Part shown: positions 40,288-50,189 of the stretch, piece after piece
Numbering within the stretch: the first letter of the stretch is position 1
Layout: each line of letters starts with the position of its first letter
Assembly (NCBI GenBank): GCA_913009415.1
Contig: CAJVYM010000003.1
Coordinates: forward strand, 1-50,860
Length of the DNA: 50,860 nt
Direction: 5' to 3'
Source of the DNA: an uncultured bacterium
GTDB lineage: Bacteria; Bipolaricaulota; Bipolaricaulia; UBA7950; UBA9294
Notes under the pieces: model-generated
Database searches by the model: none
What the model was told of the DNA's origin: nothing
What the model saw: only the letters and a program-made list of their open reading frames with translations
Program-made: the position numbers and the translations under genes

Positions 40288-41079
40288 TCAGGACTCGAAT
40301 CTCGAAAGTTGCGCGTAGTTTGCGGGCGTGTCCACGTTTAAGAGCACACCCGGATCTTCCACCGGGATCTCCCAGACCAGATCGCTGTAGATCCGGAGCA
40401 GCTCCCTAGCTCCTCCGGGGAGTGGTCCCATGAACGCGTGCAGGAGGGTGGACGGGAACCAGACGGGGTGTCCCCTCTTCTGCACGCCGTGGTGAGCGCG
40501 TCGCCGCAGGCCTACCCCGTCGGCGCTTTCGTCATCCCGCCGGTGCTCACCCTGCCCGGTTGCTACCCAAGAGATGGGCACGATGATCGATCCGGGTGAG
40601 GCATGGATAGCGTCGAGAAGGAGGGTGTACGTCTCCGCGGAAACCGCCGGAAAATCGGAAGGGTGAAGTAGAAATCCTGGCACGCGTGTGGCCGCTGGTG
40701 AGAGTGGATCTGAGGTGGGTGTCTGGCATGGCTCCATCCGGTCCCTTAATTGCCACGAACGTTCTTCAACATCGCGTGACTCCAGGTCTGTCCCGAGCGC
40801 TTCTAGCCCGCAACGGATCGACGTGATGGTCCCTCCCGGCTCGGGTGCCGGGTTGGTCACGATCGATATCCCGCGCCCTGAGAATGCCTTCCGCAGGGCT
40901 CCTTTGTGCGGACCGCCCACCACCAAAACTGGTGTGAAGCCGGCTTCTACCACCTTGTCCAGAATACGATCCAGGACAGTGCTCCCTTCGAACGGAAGGA
41001 GCTGCTTCGCCCTTCCCATCCGGGAGGATCTCCCCGCTGCGGGGATAATGCACGGTAATGATTTATCTTGATCGTTCAT
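40288..41079 (-). CDS. MocA/MobA-like nucleotidyltransferase
   Basis: PAAGRSSRMGRAKQLL, SIRCGL, PSDFP, RGHPVWF, GAR, NVDTP. Confidence 0.8.
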   Translation of the reverse strand: MNDQDKSLPCIIPAAGRSSRMGRAKQLLPFEGSTVLDRILDKVVEAGFTPVLVVGGPHKGALRKAFSGRGISIVTNPAPEPGGTITSIRCGLEALGTDLESRDVEERSWQLRDRMEPCQTPTSDPLSPAATRVPGFLLHPSDFPAVSAETYTLLLDAIHASPGSIIVPISWVATGQGEHRRDDESADGVGLRRRAHHGVQKRGHPVWFPSTLLHAFMGPLPGGARELLRIYSDLVWEIPVEDPGVLLNVDTPANYAQLSRFES

Positions 41080-41184
41080 GGAAAGCGCACCACTTTTTGC
41101 GCGGCGATCACGCCTGTGCTGAAAGGAGGCCCTTCGTACTTGTCTCGGAGCGAAAGAATAGGGCGGAGACGCACGTTTCGGCCA

Positions 41185-41952
41185 TCAACTCTTCCCCCCT
41201 CTGCGCACAAGGATCAGCTCGGCAAGTATACTGACCGCGATCTCTTCTGGCGTTTCCGAATTTATCTCCAGCCCGATGGGCGCATGTACCTTTTCGAGCA
41301 GATTCCTGCTTTTTCCCGCTTTCTCCAGGTTGTTGAAGATGATGACTTTCTTTTTTTTGCTGCAGATCAGGCCCAGGTACCTGTACTCCTTTTCGAGGAC
41401 AGCGGCCAGCACAACCTGATCCAATGCGTGGGAATGGGTGAGGATCACTATATAGTCGCCGGGACTGCTTTGCAGGTTTTTTGCCGTTTCAACACAGTCT
41501 CCCGTTAGTATTTCAGCGGCTCCTGGAAAGCGTGCGGCGGTTGCCCACTCTGACCTGCTATCCACCACGACCACCCGGAAACTTGTCTTCGCGGCGAAAT
41601 CCGCCAACGCGCATCCTACGTGCCCTGCGCCAAAGATGTAAAGGGTAGGAGTAACATTGACCGGATCCAGGAAAATTTTCATGGCTCCTCCGCAGGCCAT
41701 CCCAGTCGCTTCGGGTGTAAGCGTGAACTCCATAAGCCTAGGCTCACCTGAGGCAAGCGCTCCTCTCGCTGCCTCGATGGTTTCCTTCTCCACGGCTCCG
41801 CCGCCGATGGTCCCGTACGTGGAATCAGCGGTGACAACCATTTTCGCACCAGTGTGCCTGGGTGCAGAACCCGCTATATCGACGACGGTGACCAGCACAA
41901 ATGCCTGCCCGGATCGTTCGAGTTCCGCCATGACGCTCATCAAGCTGTTCAC
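41185..41952 (-). CDS. xdhC: XdhC/CoxI family molybdoenzyme maturation factor
   Basis: GSAPR..GAKM, GTIGGG, GMACGG, IFGAGHV, THSH..D, APIGL...ETPEEIAVSI. Confidence 0.9.
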   Translation of the reverse strand: MNSLMSVMAELERSGQAFVLVTVVDIAGSAPRHTGAKMVVTADSTYGTIGGGAVEKETIEAARGALASGEPRLMEFTLTPEATGMACGGAMKIFLDPVNVTPTLYIFGAGHVGCALADFAAKTSFRVVVVDSRSEWATAARFPGAAEILTGDCVETAKNLQSSPGDYIVILTHSHALDQVVLAAVLEKEYRYLGLICSKKKKVIIFNNLEKAGKSRNLLEKVHAPIGLEINSETPEEIAVSILAELILVRRGGKS

Positions 41953-42068
41953 TTTTTCGCCTCTCTTTCCTTAAATCCGACACTTATACCGCCCCGACAT
42001 TAAGCACGGCTGGACGGTTCTCTTCAGGGCTCCCTCGGGGTTCAATCTCCCGTCCGGATACGAGTCGT

Positions 42069-42914
42069 TCATCCTTCCCGTTCTCCCCGCGCCTGAAGCA
42101 ACGGCTTCTCCGCCCACACGTTGACGCTGATGACGGCGTCCGTCGCCTGTTGAACCACTTCGGTCGCTACCCCAGTCTCGTCGGCGATCTTCTGGGGAAC
42201 GGCATCGGGGAAGGCCGCTTCGGCCGACGTCTCGCTGACAACCTCCACCCCTTGGAACCCAGCCGCCTCGATCGCCGAGCAGTAGTCCGATAGCAGGCTT
42301 GCCCCAGCGACACAGCCGACATATGCTTCGATCGAAGATATGACCTCTTCGGGAAGTGGTCTTCGTAGGACGATATCGGAGACCATCAACCGCCCGCCCG
42401 GTCGGAGGACACGATAGGCCTCCCTGAAGACGCGTCTCTTGTCCGGTGATAGGTTAATGACACAGTTGGAGATAACAACGTCAACGAAATCATCGGCAGC
42501 GGGCAGGTTCTCGATCTCCCCCAATCTGAACTCGATGTTGTGGCGATTGCTCTTCTCGACGTTTGCGCGCGCCCTTTCGATCATTTCTGCCGTCATGTCC
42601 ACACCGATAACCTTGCCGGTTTCGCCGACCACGTTCGCGGCGAGGAAGCAGTCGATTCCTGCCCCAGATCCGAGGTCGAGGACGACCTCTCCCTCCCGCA
42701 GTGAAGCCAGAGCAGTGGGATTTCCGCAACCGAGGCCCAGATTGGCTCCGGCGGGGATGGCCTGCAGTTGTCCCTCGGTATAGCCGAGCGCCTTACTCGT
42801 GCGCTCTTGCAAACTTGCATCGCCTTGAGGTGTGGTCCCCGCACAACAGGGCCCTTGCCGCGCTAGCACGGCGTAGCGTTCCCGCACCGCTTTGTGAACG
42901 TTCATCCTTTCCAC
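42069..42914 (-). CDS. arsM: Arsenite S-adenosylmethionine methyltransferase
   Basis: CC near N-terminus, GLGCGNP, LDLGSGAGID, ISNCVINL, GCVAGA. Confidence 0.93.
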   Translation of the reverse strand: MERMNVHKAVRERYAVLARQGPCCAGTTPQGDASLQERTSKALGYTEGQLQAIPAGANLGLGCGNPTALASLREGEVVLDLGSGAGIDCFLAANVVGETGKVIGVDMTAEMIERARANVEKSNRHNIEFRLGEIENLPAADDFVDVVISNCVINLSPDKRRVFREAYRVLRPGGRLMVSDIVLRRPLPEEVISSIEAYVGCVAGASLLSDYCSAIEAAGFQGVEVVSETSAEAAFPDAVPQKIADETGVATEVVQQATDAVISVNVWAEKPLLQARGEREG

Positions 42915-42924
42915 ATGAATCTCC

Positions 42925-43200
42925 TTATGCTATATCGCCGTGCATCGGCCCGAGCAGTTCACGCATCGAACCGGCGAGGGCTTCTGCCTTGGTCAATGAC
43001 AGACAGCACACCGTGCCGTCCTTCTCCCAGCTTGTGATGACCAACTTATCGCCAGCGCGGATGCCCACCTTATCTCGCAGCTCCTTGGGAAGCACCATCT
43101 GTCCGCGGGCATCGATAGTTATCACGGCCTCTACTTGGCAGCAGCTATTACCGCAGGTTTCTTTTGCACCGCGGGCGTCTTGTTTCACAGCGTTCTCCAT
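42925..43200 (-). CDS. Cys-rich AbrB/MazE-fold protein (HgcAB-associated HgcC-like)
   Basis: CGNSCCQVEAVITIDARGQMVLPKELR...GDKL...VCCLSL. Confidence 0.7.
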   Translation of the reverse strand: MENAVKQDARGAKETCGNSCCQVEAVITIDARGQMVLPKELRDKVGIRAGDKLVITSWEKDGTVCCLSLTKAEALAGSMRELLGPMHGDIA

Positions 43201-43216
43201 CAGGAACCTCCCTTAT

Positions 43217-43274
43217 GTCAGCAATATCAGAATTATCAGATAAATATTATAAACCTGATATTACTACTTGTCAA
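43217..43274 (-). promoter_or_regulatory. Consensus sigma70 promoter with repeated operator-like sites
   Basis: Perfect TTGACA-17-TATAAT (43274-43246); TCAG repeats at 9-nt spacing and inverted AATATCAG/CTGATATT. Confidence 0.75.
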
Positions 43275-43287
43275 GTTGGCGATAAAT

Positions 43288-44196
43288 GGGGTCAGGTCTT
43301 GCAATCCAACATGCATCGAGGTATAGTCGGTACATGGCACGACCGCTACGTATCGAATATCCAGGCGCGGTGTATCGTGTCACCACCCGGGGGAACGCTC
43401 GTCAGGAGATATTCCTGGACGATGCTGACCGCGAGAAGTTCCTGCAGGTACTGGAGCAGGCAGTGAAGCGGTTCAACTGGATCTGTTATGCGTACTGTCT
43501 GATGACGCATCACTATCACCTGTTGATCGAGACGGTCGATCCCACCCTTTCCCGGGGGATGCGGCAACTGAATGGGGCCTACACTCAAGCATTCAATCGC
43601 CGCCACGACCGGGTAGGACATGTGTTTCAAGGACGGTACAAAGCGATTGTTGTAGACAGGGACTCCTACCTGCTCGAGCTCTCCCGATATATCGTGCTCA
43701 ACCCGGTACGGGCAAAGATGGTTAAGGCGGTGGGTGAGTGGGAACCGTCAAGCTATCGGGCTACCGCCGGGCTGAGCGAACCCCCTTCGTTTCTCACTAC
43801 TGATTGGATCCTCGGCCAATTCGCCGGAGAAAGGAGAGAAGCTCAGCACCTTTACCGGAGGTTTGTCTCGGAGGGGCTGGAGATATCCCCGTGGGGGGAT
43901 CTGAAGGGGCAGATCTACCTGGGAAGCGAAAGGTTTATCGAGAGCATCCCAAAGCCGAATGTGAAGCTAAGCGAGGTGCCGCGGGTACAGCGGATGATCG
44001 ATCGCCCGCCCCTGTCTGAGGTGTTCTCTTCCGCTGTGGAGGGCGAAGGAATCCTGAAGGCGTACCGCGATTATGGGTACACGCTGCGGGAGATCGCCAA
44101 GTTTCTCGGTATTCACTATGCGACCGTCAGCCGCCGTCTGCGCAGGTTGGAACAAAGAGGGGAGGCTAGGATCTAGTGCTAACTTGCAAGACCTGA
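43288..44196 (+). mobile_element. RAYT/Y1 element with terminal inverted repeats
   Basis: TCAGGTCTTGCAA (43292-43304, preceded by GGGG) and TTGCAAGACCTGA (44184-44196) form a perfect 13-bp IR bracketing the transposase. Confidence 0.75.
43334..44176 (+). CDS. REP-associated tyrosine (HUH Y1) transposase with C-terminal HTH
   Basis: MARPLRIEYPGAVY, YCLMTHHYHLL, GHVFQGRYK, YIVLNPVRA, LREIAKFLGIHYATVSR. Confidence 0.88.
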   Translation: MARPLRIEYPGAVYRVTTRGNARQEIFLDDADREKFLQVLEQAVKRFNWICYAYCLMTHHYHLLIETVDPTLSRGMRQLNGAYTQAFNRRHDRVGHVFQGRYKAIVVDRDSYLLELSRYIVLNPVRAKMVKAVGEWEPSSYRATAGLSEPPSFLTTDWILGQFAGERREAQHLYRRFVSEGLEISPWGDLKGQIYLGSERFIESIPKPNVKLSEVPRVQRMIDRPPLSEVFSSAVEGEGILKAYRDYGYTLREIAKFLGIHYATVSRRLRRLEQRGEARI

Positions 44197-44218
44197 ACAT
44201 CCCTCTTGGATTTTCAAG

Positions 44219-45415
44219 TCATTGCCGCACCTCCCGAAGCTCGTAATCCCGATCCTTTATGAGCATTGACCAGATGACCCGAACAAGATGCCGTCCTAAT
44301 GCACGAATCGCTTGATTATGCGTCTTCCCTTCGGCGCGCTTCTTGTCGTAGTAGGCCCTTGACTCAGGGACACACCCAATATGCCGCGCTACCGCTGTCA
44401 TCATCGCTGCCTTGGCCCGCTGGTTAACTTGCCGGGGGCTTTTGGTTCGGTGCATCTTTCCTGATTGGCGCGTCAGTGGGCTCATCCCAACATACAATGC
44501 CAGACTGGATTCGCCTGTAAACCGTGCCAGCGTTCCAATCTCCCCCGCCAACTCGGTAATCGACGTCTTCCCAAACCCACCAAGACTGGACAGCCGGCGG
44601 GCAATCTGTGACTTCTCCGCCAGCCCCTCCAGCGCCTTGTCTAGGGCATGAATCTGCTCCACTAGCTCAAGGAGCCTGTTGGCGTCTTGGATGATCATCG
44701 GGCCTACATATTCCACTTCAATTGAGAAGCTTACTTTTCTCTGCCATTCCTGGATGATGCATGCGTATTTCTCACCAACTCCCGCCATCTTGAGCAGCGT
44801 GGTGTACTGCAAGCGTGCAAGCTGTGTCAAGTCATCACGGTATGTGATCAATCGGAGGAACTTGAGATTGCTGACGTTGCTCGTGATGGCGAGTAGTTCC
44901 GGACAGACAGCTTGCATATCAGACTGTATCCGGTTGACTACGCGAACCTTCTCGTTCACCAATTGGCGACGACGGCGACTGAGACGCTTCAGCTTCTCAT
45001 TGACCACTGGAACTGCTACTACCTTCTGGAGCGCATCTTTAGCCAACGGTAAGTGGTGTTTGAGGTGAAACAGCTCCAGGATCTTTCGGGTATCGATCGC
45101 ATCTGTCTTCGCCGCTCCAGGAAACACTTCCTTGAACCGCGCCAACTTCAGGTTGTTCACGTTGTACAGCGTGTACCCGTGTTGTTGTATCATCCGGTCC
45201 AAGGGACGGGCATAGCCATTGAACCCTTCCATGGCCACTGCCACGGACAGGTCTAACCCCTGTTTGTGGTGCTCAATCCGGCGGAAGAAATCCCGGAAAC
45301 CAGCATTTGTGTGGGAGATGTCAAACTCCTCTAGGATCTTCCCTTCTGCATCTGCGATACCTACACGGTGGGCTTTGCAACCAACATCAATTCCGATACG
45401 AAGCTGGGGATCCAT
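44219..45415 (-). CDS. IS110 DEDD recombinase/transposase
   Basis: IGIDVG, AMEG, KTDAID, YVGMSP..RQSGK; ATG 45415 after AAGGAGG. Confidence 0.92.
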   Translation of the reverse strand: MDPQLRIGIDVGCKAHRVGIADAEGKILEEFDISHTNAGFRDFFRRIEHHKQGLDLSVAVAMEGFNGYARPLDRMIQQHGYTLYNVNNLKLARFKEVFPGAAKTDAIDTRKILELFHLKHHLPLAKDALQKVVAVPVVNEKLKRLSRRRRQLVNEKVRVVNRIQSDMQAVCPELLAITSNVSNLKFLRLITYRDDLTQLARLQYTTLLKMAGVGEKYACIIQEWQRKVSFSIEVEYVGPMIIQDANRLLELVEQIHALDKALEGLAEKSQIARRLSSLGGFGKTSITELAGEIGTLARFTGESSLALYVGMSPLTRQSGKMHRTKSPRQVNQRAKAAMMTAVARHIGCVPESRAYYDKKRAEGKTHNQAIRALGRHLVRVIWSMLIKDRDYELREVRQ

Positions 45416-45430
45416 CACTGTAACCTCCTT

Positions 45431-45650
45431 GGAAAGTGATGAGAGCTCATCCAGTTGTTCTCGTCTACTGCGCAGAGCGACCATCCTTTACGGATGCGCA
45501 TCATTCCAACAGACACACTGGATGAAAAAGATGACGGGGGCGGCAGTTCAGAACCGAGCAGTACCTTCGCAGGCCTGCGGACCCCGTGAGCCACACCCCC
45601 GTCATCTAGACATTCTACTTGACAGCGGCATGACCGTCACCTGTAAAATA
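45431..45650 (-). ncRNA. Putative IS110 bridge RNA
   Basis: About 245-nt non-coding end with stems AGATGACGGGGG/CCCCCGTCATCT (12 bp) and TCATCCAGT/ACTGGATGA (9 bp) enclosing loops that match the junction sequences. Confidence 0.7.
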
Positions 45651-45659
45651 CAATGGTAG

Positions 45660-46185
45660 ACATCTCTCTCGCGTATCTCTTCGTTACGCTTCGGTCGGGA
45701 TCGTAGGCGATTGCTCTCTCCAATGGGAACACAGAGGCGAGCGCATCCAGATTGCTCCTTCCCTGCACCCCACAGCCGAGGATTCCCACTACTCTGGAAT
45801 CGGGACGAGCGAGGTACTTTGCAGCGATGGCAGTCGCTGCTCCGGTGCGCTTGGCCGTGATCCACGTTGCATCCATCACGCAAAGAGGCATTCCCGTATC
45901 GGGATCATTGAGGATCAGCAAGCCGGTGATGTAGGGGAGGCCACGTTCCCTGTTCTGAGGGTAGGCGCTCACCCACTTTACCCCTGCCGCATGCAGATGC
46001 GGAATATAGGCAGGCATGGCGTGGATGAACGCGTCCCCGGATGGGTGAATCCCTGGTTTTGGAGGCATCTCGACCCGGCCCTCTCCCATCTCACGAAACA
46101 TCTCCTCCAGCGAAGCTATGACATCGCGCATAGACAGCCCTGTTACTGCAACTTCCTGTTGTGATAGGTAAAGAAACTTTTCCAT
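45660..46185 (-). pseudogene. Ornithine cyclodeaminase / alanine dehydrogenase-like gene truncated at the IS110 end
   Basis: MEKFLYLSQ...HAMPA...GVKWV...ITAKRTGA...GILGCGVQG, then runs into the IS end after about 175 codons. Confidence 0.8.
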
Positions 46186-46592
46186 GTGCTCCTCGATTCT
46201 TAGTGGGCTCTTTTCTGTACGATGGAGAATTGTAGGGACTGTAAAATTACAAGGCAAGGGATGAGCACCGGGCATGATGCCACGCCTCAAGGCAAATTGC
46301 CGGTCTTGCCAGGGATCCTTATTGCGCCCTCGCGCAGGCGGCGATTTATGCTGATAGCTCCATGAACTCACAACATGAACAGCGTGGAGTTGGGGGCAGA
46401 CCCCAGTGTCTCGCAAACGCCGCAGGGCAGTGTACACACGAAATAGAGATTCACGGTCGATATCACTGCCACCCTGCGGGTTGGCGGTGAGCCAAATCAC
46501 GTTTATGCCGCGCTTCTCCAGCGCAGTGCCCAGCGCAACGCGTATCGCCTCGCCCGCGATCAACCACGATTTGCTTTTCTTCTTTCTCGTTT

Positions 46593-46902
46593 CGTAAATT
46601 GATGAGCGACAACTAAAACTCCCGTCCGGCGACAATTAGAATTCCCGTTTTGGAAGGAAGTGATTAGGCTGTCTAACCTTCAGATTAGAAGGGGTTAGGT
46701 GGTCATGGATCAATAAGTGAGGTTACTGATCCCGGTGGAGCAGGGTCCACGAGACAGGTGAAGCTTTCTAAGACGGAGAAGACGTTGTCCATTGCTGCAG
46801 CAAAGGCGGGGATGGACGAGAAGACGGCGCGCAAGTATCGCAGCTTAAGGAGACTACCGAGCGAGGTGCAGGTTGAGCACACCTGGCGGACCAGGGAGGA
46901 CC
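46593..46902 (+). mobile_element. istA: IS21-family left end and degenerate istA 5' fragment
   Basis: Direct repeats GCGACAACTAAAACTCCC/GCGACAATTAGAATTCCC (15/18); DQ*VRLL...AAAKAGMDEKTARKY...LPSE...TWRTRED with a stop and a short insertion. Confidence 0.7.
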
Positions 46903-47040
46903 GTGTTGGCAGTAGATGCGGACCACGTGCACATATTCATAAGTTTCTCGCCGAAGTACTCGATATCGAAGGGTAGTAGGGATAGTGAAGGCAGTAAGTG
47001 CGCGAGAGATACAGAAGGAGTTTCCAAGAGTGAAGTGAGT
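46903..47040 (+). pseudogene. tnpA: IS200/IS605 tnpA internal fragment, frameshifted
   Basis: DHVHIFISFSPKYSISK, then in another frame VVGIVKAVSAREIQKEFP. Confidence 0.7.
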
Positions 47041-47255
47041 GGATCGTTGGACAGGATCACAGCTGGAGGGAACGGAATACGTTAATGACATTTACTCGTG
47101 GGCTGAATTTTGCGTAGTTTCCTGTCGCTTGTTGTCACCTGCGTGATCCATACCAAAGGTGCAAAGGGATGGAAAATCGCAAGCAGTAGCATCCTTGAAC
47201 CCCTCCACAGAACGCGCCGGCGCTAGTTCTAGAGAGGGTCTTATTCTTGACGCCC

Positions 47256-47312
47256 TTGACTGATGGCACGAAAGGTGTTATTATTGGTTATCCCACCCCC
47301 ACTGGGGGTGGG
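47256..47312 (+). promoter_or_regulatory. copA promoter with CsoR-like C/G-tract operator
   Basis: TTGACT-17-(TGn)TATTAT, then CCCACCCCC-ACT-GGGGGTGGG (47292-47312). Confidence 0.7.
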
Positions 47313-47328
47313 TTAGGGAGATAAGACG

Positions 47329-50100
47329 ATGCTTAAGATAGAGTTAAAGATCAAGGGAATGACCTGCGATCACTGCGTTAAGACAGTGACCGAGGCCCTG
47401 AAAAGAGTGGAGGGAGTAGTAGCAGTTGCGGTTTCTCAGGAGAAAGGGATTGCCGAGGTAGAAATTCAAGATGGCACCTCGATCGAGAAGCTAAAAGAGG
47501 CAGTGAAAGAGACCGGATATGAGGTAGAGACGGACAATGGGGAGAATCCACAAGCTGCGGTTAAAACCCCATTATCGAAACCTGTCGAAGAGGCTGAGAG
47601 CCCGCACCGGCTGGAGAAGATCAACCTCCCGATTGGCGGAATGACCTGTGCCTCCTGTGTGGCCACGCTCGAGAAAGGCCTCTCTTCACTGGACGGGGTG
47701 GTAGTGGCCAGCATTAACTTGGCTACGGAGAGGGCAAGCGTGGGATTTGATCCTACCCTGGTGCGGCCGCAAGATTTTATCAAGACCATCAAGGGACTGG
47801 GCTATGAGGCCGGCGTGGAGAAGATAATTTTGCCTATCCAGGGGATGACTTGTGCCTCTTGCGTTAAGAAGGTTGAGGATGCTTTAGCGGGTGTCGTGGG
47901 GGTCATCAAAGCCAGTGTGAATTTGGCCACGGAGCGCGCTGCGGTGGAGTATATCCCCGGTGCGGTAACCTCGGACGCTCTCAAGAAGGCCGTGCATGAT
48001 GTCGGCTATGAAGTCTTGGAGATTGAGGGGGGCGAAGACGCGCTGGAGCAGGAGGAGCAGGCTCACAAGCGGGCCTATCAGGGACTGAAGCGAAAGCTCA
48101 TTGTTGGAGTTATTCTCACCGTCCCTATCTTCATCCTCACCTATTCTCAACTCTTAGGTCTCCCAACCCTATTCCCGAGCGAGCGAATCAGTTTCCTGGT
48201 CCAGCTTCTCCTGGCCACACCGGTCCAGTTCTGGGTTGGCTGGCAGTTCTATCGGGGAGCCTGGGGGGCCGCCAAACACAAAACGACGGATATGAACACT
48301 CTGATCGCCGTGGGGACAGGAGCTGCGTACATTTACAGTCTAGCGGCTACCTTCTTTCCTGGCCTATTCGTTGCCAAGGGCCTGGGAGCCCACGTTTATT
48401 TTGATACCGCCGCGGCGATCATCGTCCTGATCTTGTTGGGGAGATTGCTGGAAGCTCGGGCCAAGGGCCAAACTTCGGAGGCGATCAAGAGGTTGATTGG
48501 AATGCAGCCCAAGACTGCACGGGTTATCCGCGAGGGCCACGAGATCGATGTCCCGGTCGAGGAGGTTGCAGTCGGGGACCTTCTGGTGGTGCGACCGGGG
48601 GAGAAGGTCCCGGTCGATGGTATCATTGCTGAGGGAGCCTCCTCCATCGATGAATCGATGATCACCGGAGAATCGATTCCCCGCGAGAAGCACGAAGGCG
48701 ATGAGGTGATCGGAGCGACGATCAATAAAACCGGTTCGTTCAAATTTAAGGCGACCAAGGTTGGTAAGGAGACGGCACTGGCGCAGATCGTCAAATTGGT
48801 CCAGGAGGCACAAGGCTCCAAACCGCCGATCGCTAGATTGGCCGACACCATCGCGGGGTACTTTGTGCCGGTTGTCATCGGGACCGCTGTTGTTACCTTC
48901 ATCCTGTGGTATTTCTTCGGCCCCACGCCGGCCTTTACTTATGCACTGCTCAACTTCATTGCAGTGTTGATTATTGCCTGCCCCTGCGCCCTGGGGCTGG
49001 CTACGCCGACCTCGATCATGGTTGGAACGGGTAAGGGGGCGGAAAACGGCGTTCTGATTAAGGGCGGCGAGGCCTTGGAGACGGCCCATAAACTGAATGC
49101 TGTCGTTCTGGACAAGACCGGAACCCTGACCCAAGGGGAACCGGTGGTCACCGATCTTCTTGTCACTGGTGGCTGGCAGGAGGAGGAAGTGTTGGAGTTG
49201 GCTGCGGCGGCGGAGCGGGGATCGGAACACCCCCTAGGGGAGGCGATCGTACGTGAGGCTGAAACGCGCGGATTAAAGTTAAGGGATGTGCAGGGGTTCA
49301 ACGCGCTGCCCGGACGCGGCATCAAGACTCAGGTAGATAGCGGAGAAATCCCTCTGGGGAAGAACATGGAGATCCTCCTGGGCAACCTGAGGCTGATGAA
49401 GGATGAGCAAGTTGAGCTGGGAGGCTTAACTGATGAGGCCGAACGGCTTGCCGCGGAAGGAAAGACTGCCATGTTCCTCGCAGTGGACAGGAAGGTGGCA
49501 GGGGTCATCGCGGTGGCCGATACTTTAAAGGAAGGCTCGAAAGAGGCTGTGCGAGCCCTGCAACAGCTGGGGCTGGAGGTACTCATGATCACTGGCGATA
49601 ACACGAGCACGGCGGAAGCCATCGCCCGGGAAGCAGGGATCGATCGAGCATTGGCTGAGATTCTCCCCCAAGAAAAGGCCGCCCAAATCAAGAAGCTCCA
49701 GGCGGAGGGGAAGAGAGTAGCGATGGTCGGAGACGGGATTAATGATGCTCCGGCTCTGGCCCAGGCGGACATCGGCATCGCCATCGGAACGGGGACGGAC
49801 ATAGCGATGGAGGCCGCCGACATCACTCTGATCAGCGGGGACCTTCGGGGGGTGGTTACAGCGATCGCTTTAAGCAGAGCCACCATCAGGAACATCAAGC
49901 AGAGTCTGTTCTGGGCCTTCTTCTACAACGCCGTTTTAATTCCGGTGGCCGCCGGGGCCTTGTACCCCTCTTTTGGGATCCTGTTAAGCCCGATCTTCGC
50001 CGCTGCGGCAATGGGGTTAAGCTCGGTGACAGTGCTGAGCAACGCCCTGAGGCTGAAGCGGTTCAAATCGCCAACGACGGCTGTACATCTTAAGGCTTAA
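47329..50100 (+). CDS. copA: Cu(I)-translocating P1B-type ATPase with three HMA domains
   Basis: GMTCDHC, GMTCASC x2, TGES, CPC, DKTGT, SEHP, GDGIND, YN and MxxSS. Confidence 0.96.
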   Translation: MLKIELKIKGMTCDHCVKTVTEALKRVEGVVAVAVSQEKGIAEVEIQDGTSIEKLKEAVKETGYEVETDNGENPQAAVKTPLSKPVEEAESPHRLEKINLPIGGMTCASCVATLEKGLSSLDGVVVASINLATERASVGFDPTLVRPQDFIKTIKGLGYEAGVEKIILPIQGMTCASCVKKVEDALAGVVGVIKASVNLATERAAVEYIPGAVTSDALKKAVHDVGYEVLEIEGGEDALEQEEQAHKRAYQGLKRKLIVGVILTVPIFILTYSQLLGLPTLFPSERISFLVQLLLATPVQFWVGWQFYRGAWGAAKHKTTDMNTLIAVGTGAAYIYSLAATFFPGLFVAKGLGAHVYFDTAAAIIVLILLGRLLEARAKGQTSEAIKRLIGMQPKTARVIREGHEIDVPVEEVAVGDLLVVRPGEKVPVDGIIAEGASSIDESMITGESIPREKHEGDEVIGATINKTGSFKFKATKVGKETALAQIVKLVQEAQGSKPPIARLADTIAGYFVPVVIGTAVVTFILWYFFGPTPAFTYALLNFIAVLIIACPCALGLATPTSIMVGTGKGAENGVLIKGGEALETAHKLNAVVLDKTGTLTQGEPVVTDLLVTGGWQEEEVLELAAAAERGSEHPLGEAIVREAETRGLKLRDVQGFNALPGRGIKTQVDSGEIPLGKNMEILLGNLRLMKDEQVELGGLTDEAERLAAEGKTAMFLAVDRKVAGVIAVADTLKEGSKEAVRALQQLGLEVLMITGDNTSTAEAIAREAGIDRALAEILPQEKAAQIKKLQAEGKRVAMVGDGINDAPALAQADIGIAIGTGTDIAMEAADITLISGDLRGVVTAIALSRATIRNIKQSLFWAFFYNAVLIPVAAGALYPSFGILLSPIFAAAAMGLSSVTVLSNALRLKRFKSPTTAVHLKA

Positions 50101-50189
50101 GGAGCGGATATCGGAACAAATCCTGTGGTTTTTTCCCTCTGGTGGCCAGAGGATGTTAAATTAACCTTGACAGAAGGGAGGTGGAAAAT

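Larger units (their letters stand above)
44197..45661 (-). mobile_element. IS110-family insertion sequence
   Basis: AC (GT on minus) at both junctions; no TIR; joining the ends gives TTGAAA-16-TACCAT, a circle-junction promoter. Confidence 0.75.

Noticed and set aside
41953-42068. Moco riboswitch or gene remnant upstream of xdhC
   Set aside because: No recognisable Moco RNA consensus; the short open frame is unidentifiable.
46186-46635. 150-aa N-terminal extension of the ocd-like ORF
   Set aside because: SD and family-typical start at 46185; the extension begins inside IS21 end repeats and matches nothing I recognise.
48364-49898. Several minus-strand ORFs
   Set aside because: Typical antisense shadows of P-type ATPase genes.
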